DNA of 64,000 bases from Malacoraja senta (Eukaryota). The notes under the pieces were generated by a model. The model worked only from the letters and a program-made list of their open reading frames with translations, was not told the origin of the DNA and ran no database searches. The DNA lies in assembly GCA_038087875.1 (NCBI GenBank), contig CM076002.1:372001-436000 (forward strand). The letters run 5' to 3'. Below, piece by piece: positions 24,850 through 36,856 of this stretch. Position 1 is the first letter of the stretch. Every line of letters starts with the position of its first letter. Position numbers and translations under genes: made by a program.

Positions 24850-25175
24850 GCAGCTTCGGCCACCCCGGGCCGCGGAGTTTGAACCGGCCCGTCGCGGAGC
24901 ACGGATTCAGCCGCGGGACTGACTACCATCACCCGGCGTGGTCACAACATCAGAAGCCTGGATCACCTCAGCACAGAGGAAAAACAAAGAGGGGAGAGAC
25001 AGAGACTTTAAGACTTTTGCCTCCATCACAGTGAGGAGGTGCCTGGTGAACTTACTGTGGTGGATGTTAATTTGTGTTTACTGTGTGTTTTGTTATTTAT
25101 TATTATATGTATGACTGCAGGCAACGAAATTTCGTTCAGACCGAAAGGTCTGAATGACAAATAAAGGAATCTCTC
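24850..25175 (+). mobile_element. GC-rich non-autonomous retroposon (family shared with 26307-26948 minus and 42906-43670 plus)
   Basis: Shared TCCATCACAGTG...ACTGTGGTGGATG hairpin, then TATGACTG and a stem-loop/AATAAA tail. Confidence 0.65.
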
Positions 25176-25414
25176 TAATCAGCGGGCTGGGACGTTCCCG
25201 GCAAACATGCCCGGCTCTCCCACCACCGTCTGCGGCGGGACCGGGAACCTGCCCGAGTCTCACGGTCGGTGGGACCTCGCACCACGGCTCCGTAGACGGA
25301 GTCACCGAGGTGGAGCTGCAGAGCGAGGGCTGGTAGGAGGATGAACCGGGATAATGACTCCAGTGCCATCAAGGTTGACTGCAGGAGGTGTCCCCAGGGC
25401 ACAAGGATGGTGAG

Positions 25415-26160
25415 GGGAGGGGAGGGGAATGGGCGAGGAGGAGGGGATGAGGGGAGAGAGAGTGGAGGGGAGAAGAGGAGAGGAAAGGGGAGGGGAAGAG
25501 AGAAGGGGAGGTGGGGGGGAGGAAGAGGAGAGAGACGTTAGTTTGGGGGAACTTGTCCAGTACATCGAGCTCGCACGATGAGGACATGTGCAATAGATGC
25601 AAAATGAATTTCATTGTGCAGTTGTATATGTGACAAATCAGCACTATTGAACTACGATCCATTGGATGACACCACGCACTATTCTTGTGAGGGAGGGAGT
25701 GACGGGGGGAGTGAGTGAGGGAGGGAGTGGAGGAGTGAGTGAGGAAGTGAGGGAGGGAGAGTGTGAGGGAGGGAGAGTGAGTGAGTGAGGGAGGGGGCAA
25801 GGGGTAGGAGTGGTGAGGGAGTGGGAGCGGAGGTGGGTGAAGTGAGGGGTTGGGAGGGGGATTGTGTTGGGAACGGGGGTGGTTGAAGGGATGAAGGGGC
25901 GGTGAGGCAGTGGGAGGAGGGGTGGGAGTGAAAGTGACGGGAGGGGGTGGGAGGGGTGGTAAGGGAGTGCAATAAGGGTGAGGGGAGGGAGTGAGGATGA
26001 GGGGACAGAATGAACGGGAGGAGGAGGTGGGGGTGAGGGAGATGAGTGGGAATGCGGTAAGCGTGAGGGGTAATGGTGATAGGAGGGGGTGGTGGATGTG
26101 GAGGTGTGGGAAGTGAAGGGGTTGGACTGCAGGGGGTGGGTTGAGGTGAGTGTGGGTGGT
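25415..26160 (+). repeat. Purine-rich (G/A) low-complexity tract
   Basis: GAGG/GAGT/GGGG-type microrepeats. Confidence 0.85.
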
Positions 26161-26306
26161 TTGAATTTAAGAAAGGTAGTAGAGAGAACTCAGGGAACTC
26201 TAGGCCTGTGAGTCTCGGGCAAACTATTGGAATGAGTTCCTTGAGATAGGATTCATTTTCATTTTGAAGAGAATGGGCTAATTAGGGATAGTCAACATGG
26301 CTTTGT

Positions 26307-26948
26307 AATCATAATTGTAATTTATTAGCCAAGTATGTTTTGCAACATGTGAGGAATTTAATTTGCCATGCAGTCATACCAATAAAAAGCAACAAGACAC
26401 AACTACATAAAATTTGGCATAAACATCCACCACAGCGGCTCCTCCACATTCGCCACTGTGATGGAAGGCAATAAAGTCTTATCTTCTTTCCTCCTTTTCT
26501 CCCGCGGTCGGGGGAGTTGAACCATCCACAGTCGGGGCGATTGAAGCTTCTGCAGCCGGCGATCAAAGCTCCCGCATCGGGGTGATCGAAGCTCCTGCGT
26601 CAGGGTGGTTGAAGCTCCTGCGTCTTGGAGCTCCCGAAGTCGGTCCCTAACCAGGGAACGCAAGCTCCACGATGTTAAGTCCGTAGGCTCCCACGGTTGG
26701 AGCTCCCAAAGTTGGCCTCCAGCAAGCGGCCGCCAGCTCCACGATGTTAGGCCGCAGTGTGGACAGAGATACGACATGGAAATATTCGCATCTCCGTTGA
26801 GGAGAGATAAAAAACTTCCCCCCCCCCCCGCACATAATACAAAACTAAAGATAATCTAAAACATATATTTTACAACAAACTAAAAACAACAAAGAAAGAA
26901 ATAGATGAGACAGACCGTTAGCGAGGCAACCATCATCGGCGCCACCTG
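26307..26948 (-). mobile_element. GC-rich non-autonomous retroposon inserted in CR1
   Basis: CR1 is continuous across it (CATGGCTTTGT...GTACGTCAGGTCATGTCTC). It carries the shared hairpin core at 26426-26465. Confidence 0.7.
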
Positions 26949-27260
26949 GTGTACGTCAGGTCATGTCTCACTAATGAGTTTTTTGAGGTGGTGACGAAGG
27001 AGTTTGATGAAGGTAGGGCAGTGGATGTTGCATACATGGATATTAGTAAGGCTTTTGATAAGATTCCTCATGGTAGGCTGATCCAGAAGATTCAGATGTA
27101 CGATATTCACAGTGACTTGGTCGTATGGATTCAGAACTGGCCTATTCAGAGAATTCAGAGGGTTGTGGTGGAAGGTAGATATTCCGACATGAGGTCTGTG
27201 ACAAGTGGAGTTCCGTAGGGATCTGTGCTGGGACCTCTGCTGTTTGTATCCATATAAATA

Positions 27261-27540
27261 AGGGCAGCTTGGTGGTGTAGTGGTGGAGCTACTGCCTTAC
27301 AGTCCCAGACACCTGGGTTAGATCCTGACTACGGGAGCTAGTCTGTATGGAGTTAGTACTTTCTCCCTGTGATCTGCATGGGTTTTCTCCAAGATCTTCG
27401 GACTTTTCCCACATTCCAAAGATGTGCACGTCATTTGGCAGTGTGTGTAGGGTCGTGTTAATGTGTGGGGATCGCTGGTCGTTGGGACCCAATGGGCAAG
27501 AGGACCTGTTTCCGTGCTGTATCTCTAAACTAAACTAAAA
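27261..27540 (+). mobile_element. tRNA-derived V-SINE (HE1-like)
   Basis: tRNA-like head with A/B boxes, V-domain-like GTATGGAGTT...TCTCCCTGTG...GGGTTTTCTCC, CR1-like tail and (TAAAC)n. Confidence 0.8.
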
Positions 27541-28019
27541 TGACCTAGAGGTAAATGAAGATGGTTTCTGAGTAAGTTTGCTGACGACACCAACATTGGA
27601 GGAGTTGCAGACAGCAAGGAAGGCTGTCAGAAGATGCAATGGGATATAGATCAGCTACTGAAATGGGCAGAGAAATGGCAGATGAGGTTTAACCTGAGCA
27701 TGTGTGAGGTGTTGCTCTTTGAGAGGTTGAATGTAAGGAAAGTATACAGTTAATGGCAAGATCCTTAAACAGCATCAATGTTCAGAGGGATCTTGGCGTC
27801 CAAGGTCATAGCTCATTGAAGGTGGCAGCACAAGGTTGCCTTCATTGAATATAAGAGTCAGGAAGTCAGGCAGTTGGACATTTGGGGTTTTGCCTGCAGT
27901 TCAGGTAACCCATTACAGAAAAGATGTGGGGGCTTTGGAGAGGGTGCAGAGGAGGTTTACCAGAATGATGCCTGGATTAGAGAGTTTCAGGTACAGGGAG
28001 AGGTTGGATGTACTTGGAT

Positions 28020-29505
28020 ATAAGTTCGCAAGTTCTGGGGGTAGAATTAGGCCATTCGGCCCATCGATTCTATTCCGCCATTCAATCATGGCTGATCTCT
28101 CCCTCCTAATCCCATTTTCGTGCCTTCACCCATAACCCTTGGCACCCATTCTAATCAACAATGTGTCCATCTCTGCCTTGACTTGGCCTCCACAGCCCAC
28201 TGTGCCAATGAGTTCCACAGATTAATTACCCTCTGACTAAAGAAGTTCCTCCTCACCTTTCTAAAATCGCTCCCTTAAATTCTGAGGCTATGACTGGTCC
28301 GAGACTCTCCCGCCAGTGGAAACATCCTTTCCACAGCCATTCCATCCACGCCTTTCACCATTCTACAAGTTTCAATGTCCCCCCACCCTCAACATTCAAA
28401 ATGCCAGCGAGTACAGACCCAGTGATGTTAAACGCTCATCATATGCTAACCCACTCATTCCTCAGATCAATCTTGTAAACCTCCTCTGGACACTCTCCAG
28501 GGCCAGCACATCCTTCCTCAGATATGGGGCCAAATTTGTTCAGAATATTCCTAATGCGAACTGACCAGCGCCTTATAGAGCCTCAGCATTACACCTCTGT
28601 TTTTGTATTCCAGTCCTTTTGATATAAATGCTAGCATTGAATTTGCCTTCCTTACCACCAATTCGACTTGCAAATTAACTTTTTGGGAATTCTGCACCAG
28701 CATTCCCAAGTCCCTTTACACCTCTGATTTCTGGATTCTCTCTCCATTTAGAAAATAATCTACGCCTTTATTCTTATTACCAAAATGCATGACCCTGCTC
28801 TTTTCTACACTATATGATGGTCCAATTCTACACGGCCATCGTAGAGTCTGTTCTCACATTCTCCATCATGGTCTGGTTTGGCTCAGCCACCAAGCATAAC
28901 ACTTGGAGGCTGCAGCGAATCGTCGAATCAGCAGAGAAGATTATTGGCTGCAACCTTCCCGCCATTGATGAACTGTACACTGCAAGGGCCGGAAGCGAGC
29001 AGGCAAGATCATCTCTGACCCCTGTCACCCTGGCCACAAACACTTTGAATCACTTCCCTCTGGAAGGCGACTCCGGATTGTCAAAGCTGCCACAGCCGGA
29101 CGTAAAAACAATTTTTATCCATGAATAGTTGCTCTACTCAACAGCCAAAATTCTGTAGCCTCCCTTTGATCTGGTATTTTGTTGGTTCACATGCTTGATC
29201 AATGGTGTTTTATCATTAATGTCTTATTATTATTAATGTTTAGTGTTTTCTGAGTCATTCATAACTGTCACTGTATGTTATGTTGTTACTTGTGGGCGGA
29301 GCACCAAGGCAAATTCCTTGTATGTGAATACTTGGCCAATAAACTTACTTACTTACTTAGATTCCATCTGCCACTTCTGTGTCCACTCTCCCAACCTGTC
29401 CAAGTCCTTCTGCAGAGTCCTTGCTTCCTCTACACTGCTGGGCTCCACCTATCTGCAAACTTGGCCACAAAGCCTTCAATCCACTTACCCAAATCATTAA
29501 TATAC
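28020..29505 (-). mobile_element. CR1 fragment (minus) containing a Rex/Babar 3' fragment at 28815-29360 (+)
   Basis: Reverse-complement CR1 tail and RT. Inner ORF FYTAIVESVLTFSIMVWFG with an (ACTT)n tail. Confidence 0.78.
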
Positions 29506-30300
29506 AATTGTTTTCTATGCAATGTTGGAGGTTGAGAGGAATCATATAAAATTATGAGAGGCATAGATAGGGTAGACAATCAGAATTATATTACCAGGGT
29601 GGAAATGTCCAACCCCAGAGGGCGTAGCTACAAGGCAACAGGGGAAATATAATAGAGATGTGGGGCAAGTTATTTTTACACAGAGGGTGGTGGGTAGATG
29701 GAACGTATTGCCAGGGGTGCTGGTGGAGGCAGATACGATAGTGATGTTTAAGAAGCTTTGAAATAGGCACATGGATTTGCAGGGAATGGAGGGTTATGGA
29801 GGCAGATGAAATCAGTGTAGCTAGGCACAAACATTGTGGGCTGAAGGGCCTGTTCCTGTGTTGTCCTGTTCTATGTTCTTATAAACCACAAACAGCACGG
29901 ATCTCTGCAGCACACCACTAGTCACAGGCCTCCGGTCCATAAAACAACGTTCCACCACCACCTCTTCTTCCTTCCAGGAAGCCAATTCCCTGTCCAGTCA
30001 GCTGTCTCTCCCTGGATCCATGTGATCTAACCTTCTGGAGCAGCCACCATGCGGAATCTTATCAAAGGTTTGCTGAAGTCCATACAGACAAAGTCTACAG
30101 CTTTGCCTGCAACCTTTTGGTTATTTCTGCAAAAGCAATTTTAATAAGCAATTGGTTGAAACTCTCTGCTCTGCTAATTGTTTTATGATTTATAATCAGA
30201 TTTGAATTTGAATGTTGTGTGATTTTCTCTGCCATTTCCTTTATAGGGAAGTAGTTTGTCCATTTCTACCTCTAACTGAGTGATGTCACGTTAAGGCACC

Positions 30301-31068
30301 TCACCAAGACTGAATGTCTGTGTTATACGTCTTATTCAGATCTCCCCTTACTACATCCCAGTCAATGTTCCAGGATTCATCGATCTCTGCAGGTTTTGCT
30401 TTGTATTTTTCAGCAAACTCCTTATTGTAAGTGTAGAAAACCTTCTTCCAATAGGATGCTGCCTGTGCGGAAATTTCCCGCTGGATGATCCAGGATTTGT
30501 AGTAATCATTGACAGTTTGGTAATCCTTGTATGGTTTCAATTCCCAATTTGTGTCATTATTTTTAAACGATCCATTACCTGCGACTAAAGCTGTGCAGAC
30601 GTCAGTTACAAGATGTTTACTTTCTATGAAGCGATAGCTGCTGAGTCCTCCAGGTCTGTGCTGCTTACAAGAGTGTTGTGAATGTACCGGGGTCTCTGAA
30701 TCACAGAAAACTCCACAGAAAGGACATTTCTTGGTACAATTGAATACACCTTTGAACAGCTCATCCCTGGGTCTAATGGATAATTCTTCAATCTTTGCTT
30801 GGATACCCCAGCGTGTTACCTCACTGAGGAGTTTCTGCTCCACTTCTTTAATAGATGGCAGAACTGCTTCTGCCAATTTCTTGCCATCACCGTCACTGTG
30901 AAACAGAACGAGTTTCATTTCATCTTTGGGCATTGAGATTCTGGTGTTTAACTTTTCAACAAACATGTCCAGGAAGCTGTGAGCATTTCCAGCAAAGTTC
31001 TGCGTCACTGCATCCTTAACAATCTCTTTAGCTTTCCCAGTGATCTGAACTCAGGAAGATTGTGCAAA
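30301..31068 (-). pseudogene. GVIN1: Detached C-terminal part of the GVIN1-like gene
   Basis: Same frame as the main ORF but behind TAG (31069-71) and TGA (31051-53). Contains the family C-terminus CPFCGVFCD...H...HRPGGL...C...PYKDY...W.I...SYWK. Confidence 0.8.
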
Positions 31069-34000
31069 CTATTCTGCTTGTCTCTGGTTCTCATCCTGCT
31101 CTGTGTAAATATCCATGAAGACATCATAGTATTGACCCTTCATGTTTGCCAGTCTTTGCTGCGGGTCGTGTTTCTGGATGAACCTCGTCTGCATCTCTTG
31201 GAATCTTGGTACAGCGTAACCACACAGGCGAAGTTTAAACTCAGCCCTGAATTCCTCGCTCATTGTGAAGTTTGGGTGTGAAATATTGTTAATTTTCTCC
31301 TCTATAATATTCAAAAGTTCAATACAATATCTATTGTTATAATCCATATCCATTTTTGTGATGTCACTGATCCATTGATGGCATTCATCCTCGAGGGACT
31401 GTGTTATCATTGCTGCCTGTTTAACATCTGATTGGTGCGAGGATAGCCCAATTGTAGTTTTAACACATCTCATCCATGTCTTGTTGATGTGTTTCCCTTC
31501 AATATGAAAGCACGGGGTTCCCTGTTTACAGAGAGATTTTCTTTCAAGCATTTCATTAATCACCTTCCCTTGAGTTGCTGTGTTCTCTCTGAGAAGATTT
31601 TCAATCTCCAGTTCAATGTTTCTTTCTCTACAGGGCTGATAGTCCAGCTGTGACAGTGTGTCTTGCCACATCTTTCCAAAGGCAGTTTGCAGTTCCTCGT
31701 CACCCAACACCTGATTTGCCCCTTTACACTTTGATAAAAGCTCCTTGACCTGTTGTTCGATCTTCTGGTGACATTTATTCCAAATAGCATCCACTTCCTG
31801 CAGTCCCACACATCTGTTCACAGCATCCCCACATCTCTGCATTGAATCGTTCTGAAGCCGTCTGCATAAACTGGAGATGCTGAGCTTGAATTCCTCCCTG
31901 TATTTCTCCATCAGCTGCACGTTATCAGCCCCACTTTCAAACACAGTTTTTAGTTTATCCAGAGTCTCACCCTCCCTTTTGTTAATCTCCATCCTGATCT
32001 CACGTTCCAGTGTTTGGAGCAGTAGGTTGAGGTCACCACTGGCATTGTTTACTCTGTTTTCAGCCTCATTTCCCCAGGTGTGTGTGAATTTGCGGAGCTC
32101 CCACTCCCAGCCCTTGTACTTCACAGAGAGCTGGTTGTAAGCCTCTACGACTAGACTGTTCTGGAAGCTGAAAATGAAATTCTCATGTTTCACCTGCTCC
32201 CAAAGGCCAGTCATCCATTTGGTAAAGTCTGGGATTGTTAAAGCTCCTTGGTCTGGTTTCCCTTTGAGTAAACATTGAATAAGACTCTTCTTCAGTTGGA
32301 AGATGTGTTCACTGTAGCCAGTATTGACGGCAGCCATTGGGGGTGTACCTTGCCACAGACCAGGGATGTACCAGTTGTCCTTGTCAGCATCATAGTCCAT
32401 CACATCACGGAACGTAACTCCCTCCACCTTCTCCAGTTTTGCTGCAGCCTCTGTCATCTTATCCAGCTGTACCAGTAGTTTCTGACGGCCTCTCAGATTG
32501 TGATCATGTGCACTCACATCTCCAACATTCTGGTGGACAAATATACACTTTGGTCTTCTCCCCGTCAGTTTCATGCGGAGTAAGGAATGAACAACAATCT
32601 GTAAAATATCTTTCATCTCTGCGATGGTTTCCATGCCTATGTTTACCAACGTTATGTTGCTTAATCCCACCACGAATGTTGCCAGCTCATTGTCGTGTTC
32701 GTAGCTGTCTGTTAGTGTTGCAAGTTCTGGAGCTCTCAGCCCCTCCGTGTCAATGACCAGGATGAAGTCACAGCCCAGCTCCTCCACCAGGCTCCCTGTG
32801 ACCTTTATCAGCTGCATGTAGGCCCCTCGAGTACATCGGCCGCTGCTCACAGCAAACCGCAAACAGAACATTGTATTGAGGAGCGTGGACTTGCCTGTGC
32901 TCTGAACTCCAATCACTGTCAGCACAAACACTCGGGAAGCACGTCCCACCTTCTCGGCCACTGCTTCCAGTACAGCAGTGATCCATGAAACAGGAACGTT
33001 GGAGACGTCTCCATCAATGAGCTCCAGTGGGAACCCATCCAGTAACAGTTCAGCAGCAACACCCGGTAACTGAAGCACATGTGGGTGGATCTGTGTTTGT
33101 TGCTTGATGTTGTGTTGTGTCACTGAGAGTTCATAAACCTGGCCCAGTTCCCTCATGAAGTGCTCAAGTCCCAGGGAACTATCAGTCATCTTCTGATCCA
33201 TGTCCTTCAGCTCCTTGACCTTCTGCATGTAGACTTTGCTCAGTTCTTTATAATCCCTGCGCAATCCTGCCATGATTTGCCTTGATTTACTGTCCAGCAT
33301 CAGCTTCAGCCACTGCAAGGAAATGGCCCTGCCATCCCCACCAGGACAGGTGAGGTGGTCAATGAACATCTGCATCTCCTCCGACAGGCTCTGTCTGAGC
33401 TGAGCTTCCCAGATTCTTTTCTTGTCTTTGTCCAGCTTGTGGTTATACTTCTCTGTGGTTCTGTCCCCGCGGAGTTTCATCCGAGACTTCTCTTTCTCAA
33501 CTTTAGTCAGTCCTTGCCAGGGCTCTCCATGAAAGGGCAGCACTCTCTTTTTATACCCAGTGATGTCTGCAGGGTCAAGACTGCCCAGTATTTTGGTCAA
33601 GACCTTGGCCCGTTGTATTTCAGGCTGATGCTCATCGACCTGAATCCCACTTTCCCTCGCAATGTCACCCGTTTTCTCCAGACTCAGGAAGCTCTGGTCC
33701 TTGTTCCTCATTAGAATCACTTGTTTTATCTGCAAACGAAGTTTTTCCACAAGTTTGTTCTCGTTTACATTTGTCCGAACAATGCATTGTTGCGGTTGTA
33801 ACTTCAGATCTTTGAACAGTTTCTGTACCTGCTCAGGGGTGATGTCTTGCTGACGGATGTAAGTGTTAACTATCAGAAAGAGTTTTGCCGGTGACTGTGC
33901 CAGAGAGGTGAGGAATTCTCTTTCCTTCTCACCAATAACATCAATGAAAATAAAGAGAGCAGCAGAGACTTTTGCCAGAAACCGAGTGTGTCCCTGGTAA

Positions 34001-34845
34001 GTTTCAGCATCACCTCGGAGGTTGATGAATGCAGCAGCCTCCGGGAAAATGTCCGTGTTGCTCTTCCCAGAAGGTAGATACCAGCTGATCTCAGCCATCC
34101 CATCTGATATCCCACGGGGCACATTCCCACATTTCATCCTGGAGTGCAGGAAGATGTTCTGCTGCAGCTGGGTCTCGCTCAAGGTGAGATTGAGGACTCT
34201 GGATTTCGACACCGTGCAACTTCCGAGTCTGAGGAAGGAGACAGTTGGCATGGTTGCTGTCACGATGGGCATCTCCACAACGGGGCTGTTCCCTGTGGGA
34301 GATTGTGGGCACCACATTTTAACAATGGGCCTCATGGCCCAGAGGAGAAGGGTGGCACCAGGCCCTTCCTTGGGTCCCCTCACCTTGTCCCTGGGGTAAC
34401 TATGCCCTTCCGGCAGCAGAAAGGGTAATGCAAGTTGGCACAGAGACATCTTCAGCATCAGTTCCTGCTGGAGAGAGTGGTCGGCACAGAGGAAAATGGC
34501 AGCAATGATATCCAGAGGGTTAATCCCAGAATCTCCTGGCTCTTTCATTTCAAAGAAATCACTGAAGTCTTCATCGTCACTGTTGTGACCGTCTGCAGAC
34601 TGAGCAGGGGGCCATTCAGGATTCCTCGCCAGTGAATTAGCTGAGAGGATCCTTTGGAGAAATCGCCAAGGAAGATCTTCTGGTCGAGTTGGTTTGCTGT
34701 CGTCCAGTTTACCCCAGGATACCTCCCGCATGGACGTCAGTGACAGTTTGTGAGGATAATGATCCTGTAAACCCAAATCCCTCACAAGTTGTGGAGTGTT
34801 CAGGTTTCCAGACCAGCTATTTACAGTTGATGAAACACTCGCCAT
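31069..34845 (-). CDS. GVIN1: Interferon-induced very large GTPase 1 / URGCP-like protein (VLIG-type G domain), main 1258-aa ORF ending at a premature TAG
   Basis: G1 GVQSTGKS (32887-32910), G2 SGRCTRG, G3 DTEGL, HDNELAT, FVHQNV and GLWQGTPPMA. N-terminal conserved blocks LMLKMSLCQLALPFLLP, SFLRLG..SKS and NLRGD. Single long exon, typical of the family. Confidence 0.9.
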   Translation of the reverse strand: MASVSSTVNSWSGNLNTPQLVRDLGLQDHYPHKLSLTSMREVSWGKLDDSKPTRPEDLPWRFLQRILSANSLARNPEWPPAQSADGHNSDDEDFSDFFEMKEPGDSGINPLDIIAAIFLCADHSLQQELMLKMSLCQLALPFLLPEGHSYPRDKVRGPKEGPGATLLLWAMRPIVKMWCPQSPTGNSPVVEMPIVTATMPTVSFLRLGSCTVSKSRVLNLTLSETQLQQNIFLHSRMKCGNVPRGISDGMAEISWYLPSGKSNTDIFPEAAAFINLRGDAETYQGHTRFLAKVSAALFIFIDVIGEKEREFLTSLAQSPAKLFLIVNTYIRQQDITPEQVQKLFKDLKLQPQQCIVRTNVNENKLVEKLRLQIKQVILMRNKDQSFLSLEKTGDIARESGIQVDEHQPEIQRAKVLTKILGSLDPADITGYKKRVLPFHGEPWQGLTKVEKEKSRMKLRGDRTTEKYNHKLDKDKKRIWEAQLRQSLSEEMQMFIDHLTCPGGDGRAISLQWLKLMLDSKSRQIMAGLRRDYKELSKVYMQKVKELKDMDQKMTDSSLGLEHFMRELGQVYELSVTQHNIKQQTQIHPHVLQLPGVAAELLLDGFPLELIDGDVSNVPVSWITAVLEAVAEKVGRASRVFVLTVIGVQSTGKSTLLNTMFCLRFAVSSGRCTRGAYMQLIKVTGSLVEELGCDFILVIDTEGLRAPELATLTDSYEHDNELATFVVGLSNITLVNIGMETIAEMKDILQIVVHSLLRMKLTGRRPKCIFVHQNVGDVSAHDHNLRGRQKLLVQLDKMTEAAAKLEKVEGVTFRDVMDYDADKDNWYIPGLWQGTPPMAAVNTGYSEHIFQLKKSLIQCLLKGKPDQGALTIPDFTKWMTGLWEQVKHENFIFSFQNSLVVEAYNQLSVKYKGWEWELRKFTHTWGNEAENRVNNASGDLNLLLQTLEREIRMEINKREGETLDKLKTVFESGADNVQLMEKYREEFKLSISSLCRRLQNDSMQRCGDAVNRCVGLQEVDAIWNKCHQKIEQQVKELLSKCKGANQVLGDEELQTAFGKMWQDTLSQLDYQPCRERNIELEIENLLRENTATQGKVINEMLERKSLCKQGTPCFHIEGKHINKTWMRCVKTTIGLSSHQSDVKQAAMITQSLEDECHQWISDITKMDMDYNNRYCIELLNIIEEKINNISHPNFTMSEEFRAEFKLRLCGYAVPRFQEMQTRFIQKHDPQQRLANMKGQYYDVFMDIYTEQDENQRQAE

Positions 34846-35746
34846 TCCCTCTGACTGGGTGAATGTACTTCCTGGGATCTGTATGCTCTTTCCCAGAGAA
34901 GTGGTTCTTGTCCTGTAATTGCCAGGATGTCAGGGCTCCTGTCTTGTATATTGTAGTTGGGTGAATCTTCACCAGTTGTACATTTCTGTCCCAGTATCTA
35001 CCTTGAGGCCTGGGCTCCTATTCCACAATATAGCACGGTGCCTGGATACTGGCCCAGGATTTATCGAGTTGTCCAGTCTCCTGTCCCGGGATATTTCACA
35101 GAGCCCAGACGACCAAGTTGTGATGTGTTGGAGTGCTGGAGTTCCTATCCTGGGATCACAGGGCTGGTCACTTCTCTGGCTCTGACTGACGATCCTCTTG
35201 TTGTCCTGGCACCGTGTGTTTCAAGTACAGTCAGTGTGTGATCACCGTGGGTACCTGGAATTGGTCACCAGAATTAGACATGGCCTTGGAATTGGAGTAT
35301 TATTGTCACATGTATCGAGATACAGTGAAAAACTCTGCATACTATCCAGTCAAATCATACCATACATGATACAATGAAACCTTACAAAAGTACAAGTAGC
35401 ACAAAAATAAATATACCAGTGTAGAATGTAGTCTACCGTGTTACAGTTTCAGTGAAAGTGCAGATTAAAAAGTACATGAACCTCAATGAGCTATTGCTGT
35501 TGGTTTATTATTGGTATTACTGTTGTTAGATTGTTAGATTGAGATTATCCCGTTATTTTATGGGAGGACCATTCAACAAACTGACAGCAGCAGGGAAATA
35601 GTTGTTCCTGAATGTGCTAGTATGTACCTTCATGCTTTTGTAGTCTCAGCCTGATGGAAGAGTGGGAAAAGAGGGAATGACCCTGGTATGAGTGGTCTTT
35701 GATTATCTGGGCTATTTTCCTGAGGCCGCATGAAGTGTTAATGTAA

Positions 35747-36088
35747 CAATAATAATAATGGATGGGATTTATATAGCGCCTTTCTAATACTCAAGGCGCT
35801 TTACATCGCATTATTCATTCACTCCTCAGTCACAATCGGTGGTGGTAAGCTACTTCTGTAGCCACAGCTGCCCTGGGGCAGACTGACGGAAGCGTGGCTG
35901 CTAATCTGCGCCTACGGCCCCCCCGACCACCACCAATCACTCACACACATTCACACACATTCACACGCAGGCAAAGGTGGGTGAAGTGTCTTGCCCAAGG
36001 ACACAACGACAGTATGCACTCCAAGCGGGATTCGAACCGGCTACCTTCCGGTTGCCAGCCGAACACTTAGCCCATTGCGCCATCTGTC
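35747..36088 (-). mobile_element. tRNA-derived CORE-type SINE with L2-like tail
   Basis: A box TGGCGCAATGG, B box GGTTCGAATCC, core GTGTCCTTGGGCAAGACACTT, tail TGTAAAGCGCCTTGAG...AAAGGCGCTATATAAA and (ATT)n. Confidence 0.88.
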
Positions 36089-36856
36089 TATGGGTAGGGT
36101 CGGGTGGTGGGGTGGTGGGGGGGAGAGGGGAGTGAGTCTGGTCTGTGTGATGGACTGGACTATATCCACAACTCTCTGCAATATATTGTGGTCTTGGGCA
36201 GAGAAGTTTCCAAACCAGGTTGTGATGCATCTGGATAGAATGCTTTCTGCTGTGTATCATTTTTGAGACCATATCTGAAGGATTGTGTACAAACCTGGTG
36301 CCCTTACCTAATGAAATGTGCACTTTCTATAGAGGGAGTGCATTGAAGATTCTCCAGGCAGTTTCCTGGGGTAAAATCAGATAATCCAGGAAGTGCTCAG
36401 GGGTTCAGGCAGCGTCTGTGGAGAGAGAAACAGAGTCCAAGTTTCAGGTTTACACGGGTTTGTCACATGAGGACAAATAAAGCTGCCCTCTATTCTTGGT
36501 GTTCAAAGACTGAACGATCTTGCAGAAACTTGTGAAATTCTACCAGGCTTGATAGACTGGACACATGGAGGAGGTTTCTCCTGGCTGTGGTATCCAGGGC
36601 CAGGGGCACAATCTCAGAGTAAGGATGGGCTATAAATGACCAAGATGAGGAGAAACCTCTTCACCTGGAGGCTGGTGGTTCTTCAGAGTTCTTGACCCCA
36701 GAGTTCTCTGGAGCCCCAGTCACTGAGTTCATTCAAAACAGTGATTGATTGAATCCTACAGGCCAAGGGAACTAAGTCGGCAGCAGTGGTGAGTGAGGTG
36801 GACCTGGAAGAGAGGATCTGGAGAGACAGGTGCATAAATAGATCGCACCCAGCTCC

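Larger units (their letters stand above)
26160..29880 (+). mobile_element. Old, fragmented CR1 (26160-26307, 26950-27260, 27541-28020, ~29520-29880) hosting younger insertions
   Basis: Collinear RT pieces: SQHGF, YMDISKAFDKIPHG, KFADD, LERVQRRFTRM, 3' tail. Confidence 0.8.

Noticed and set aside
25302..25972. Pro/Ser/His-rich ORFs
   Set aside because: Translations of G/A low-complexity DNA.
31009..31071. Intron or selenocysteine/readthrough explanation for the GVIN stops
   Set aside because: No suitable GT donor immediately before the TAG, and two different stops plus an apparent deletion fit decay better; not excluded without RNA data.
30979..34635. Plus-strand ORFs over the GVIN1-like gene
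   Set aside because: Short antisense shadows with no recognisable motifs.
36010..36088. tRNA gene (also 27261-27335)
   Set aside because: tRNA-like heads are fused to SINE cores and LINE tails, with no complete cloverleaf.
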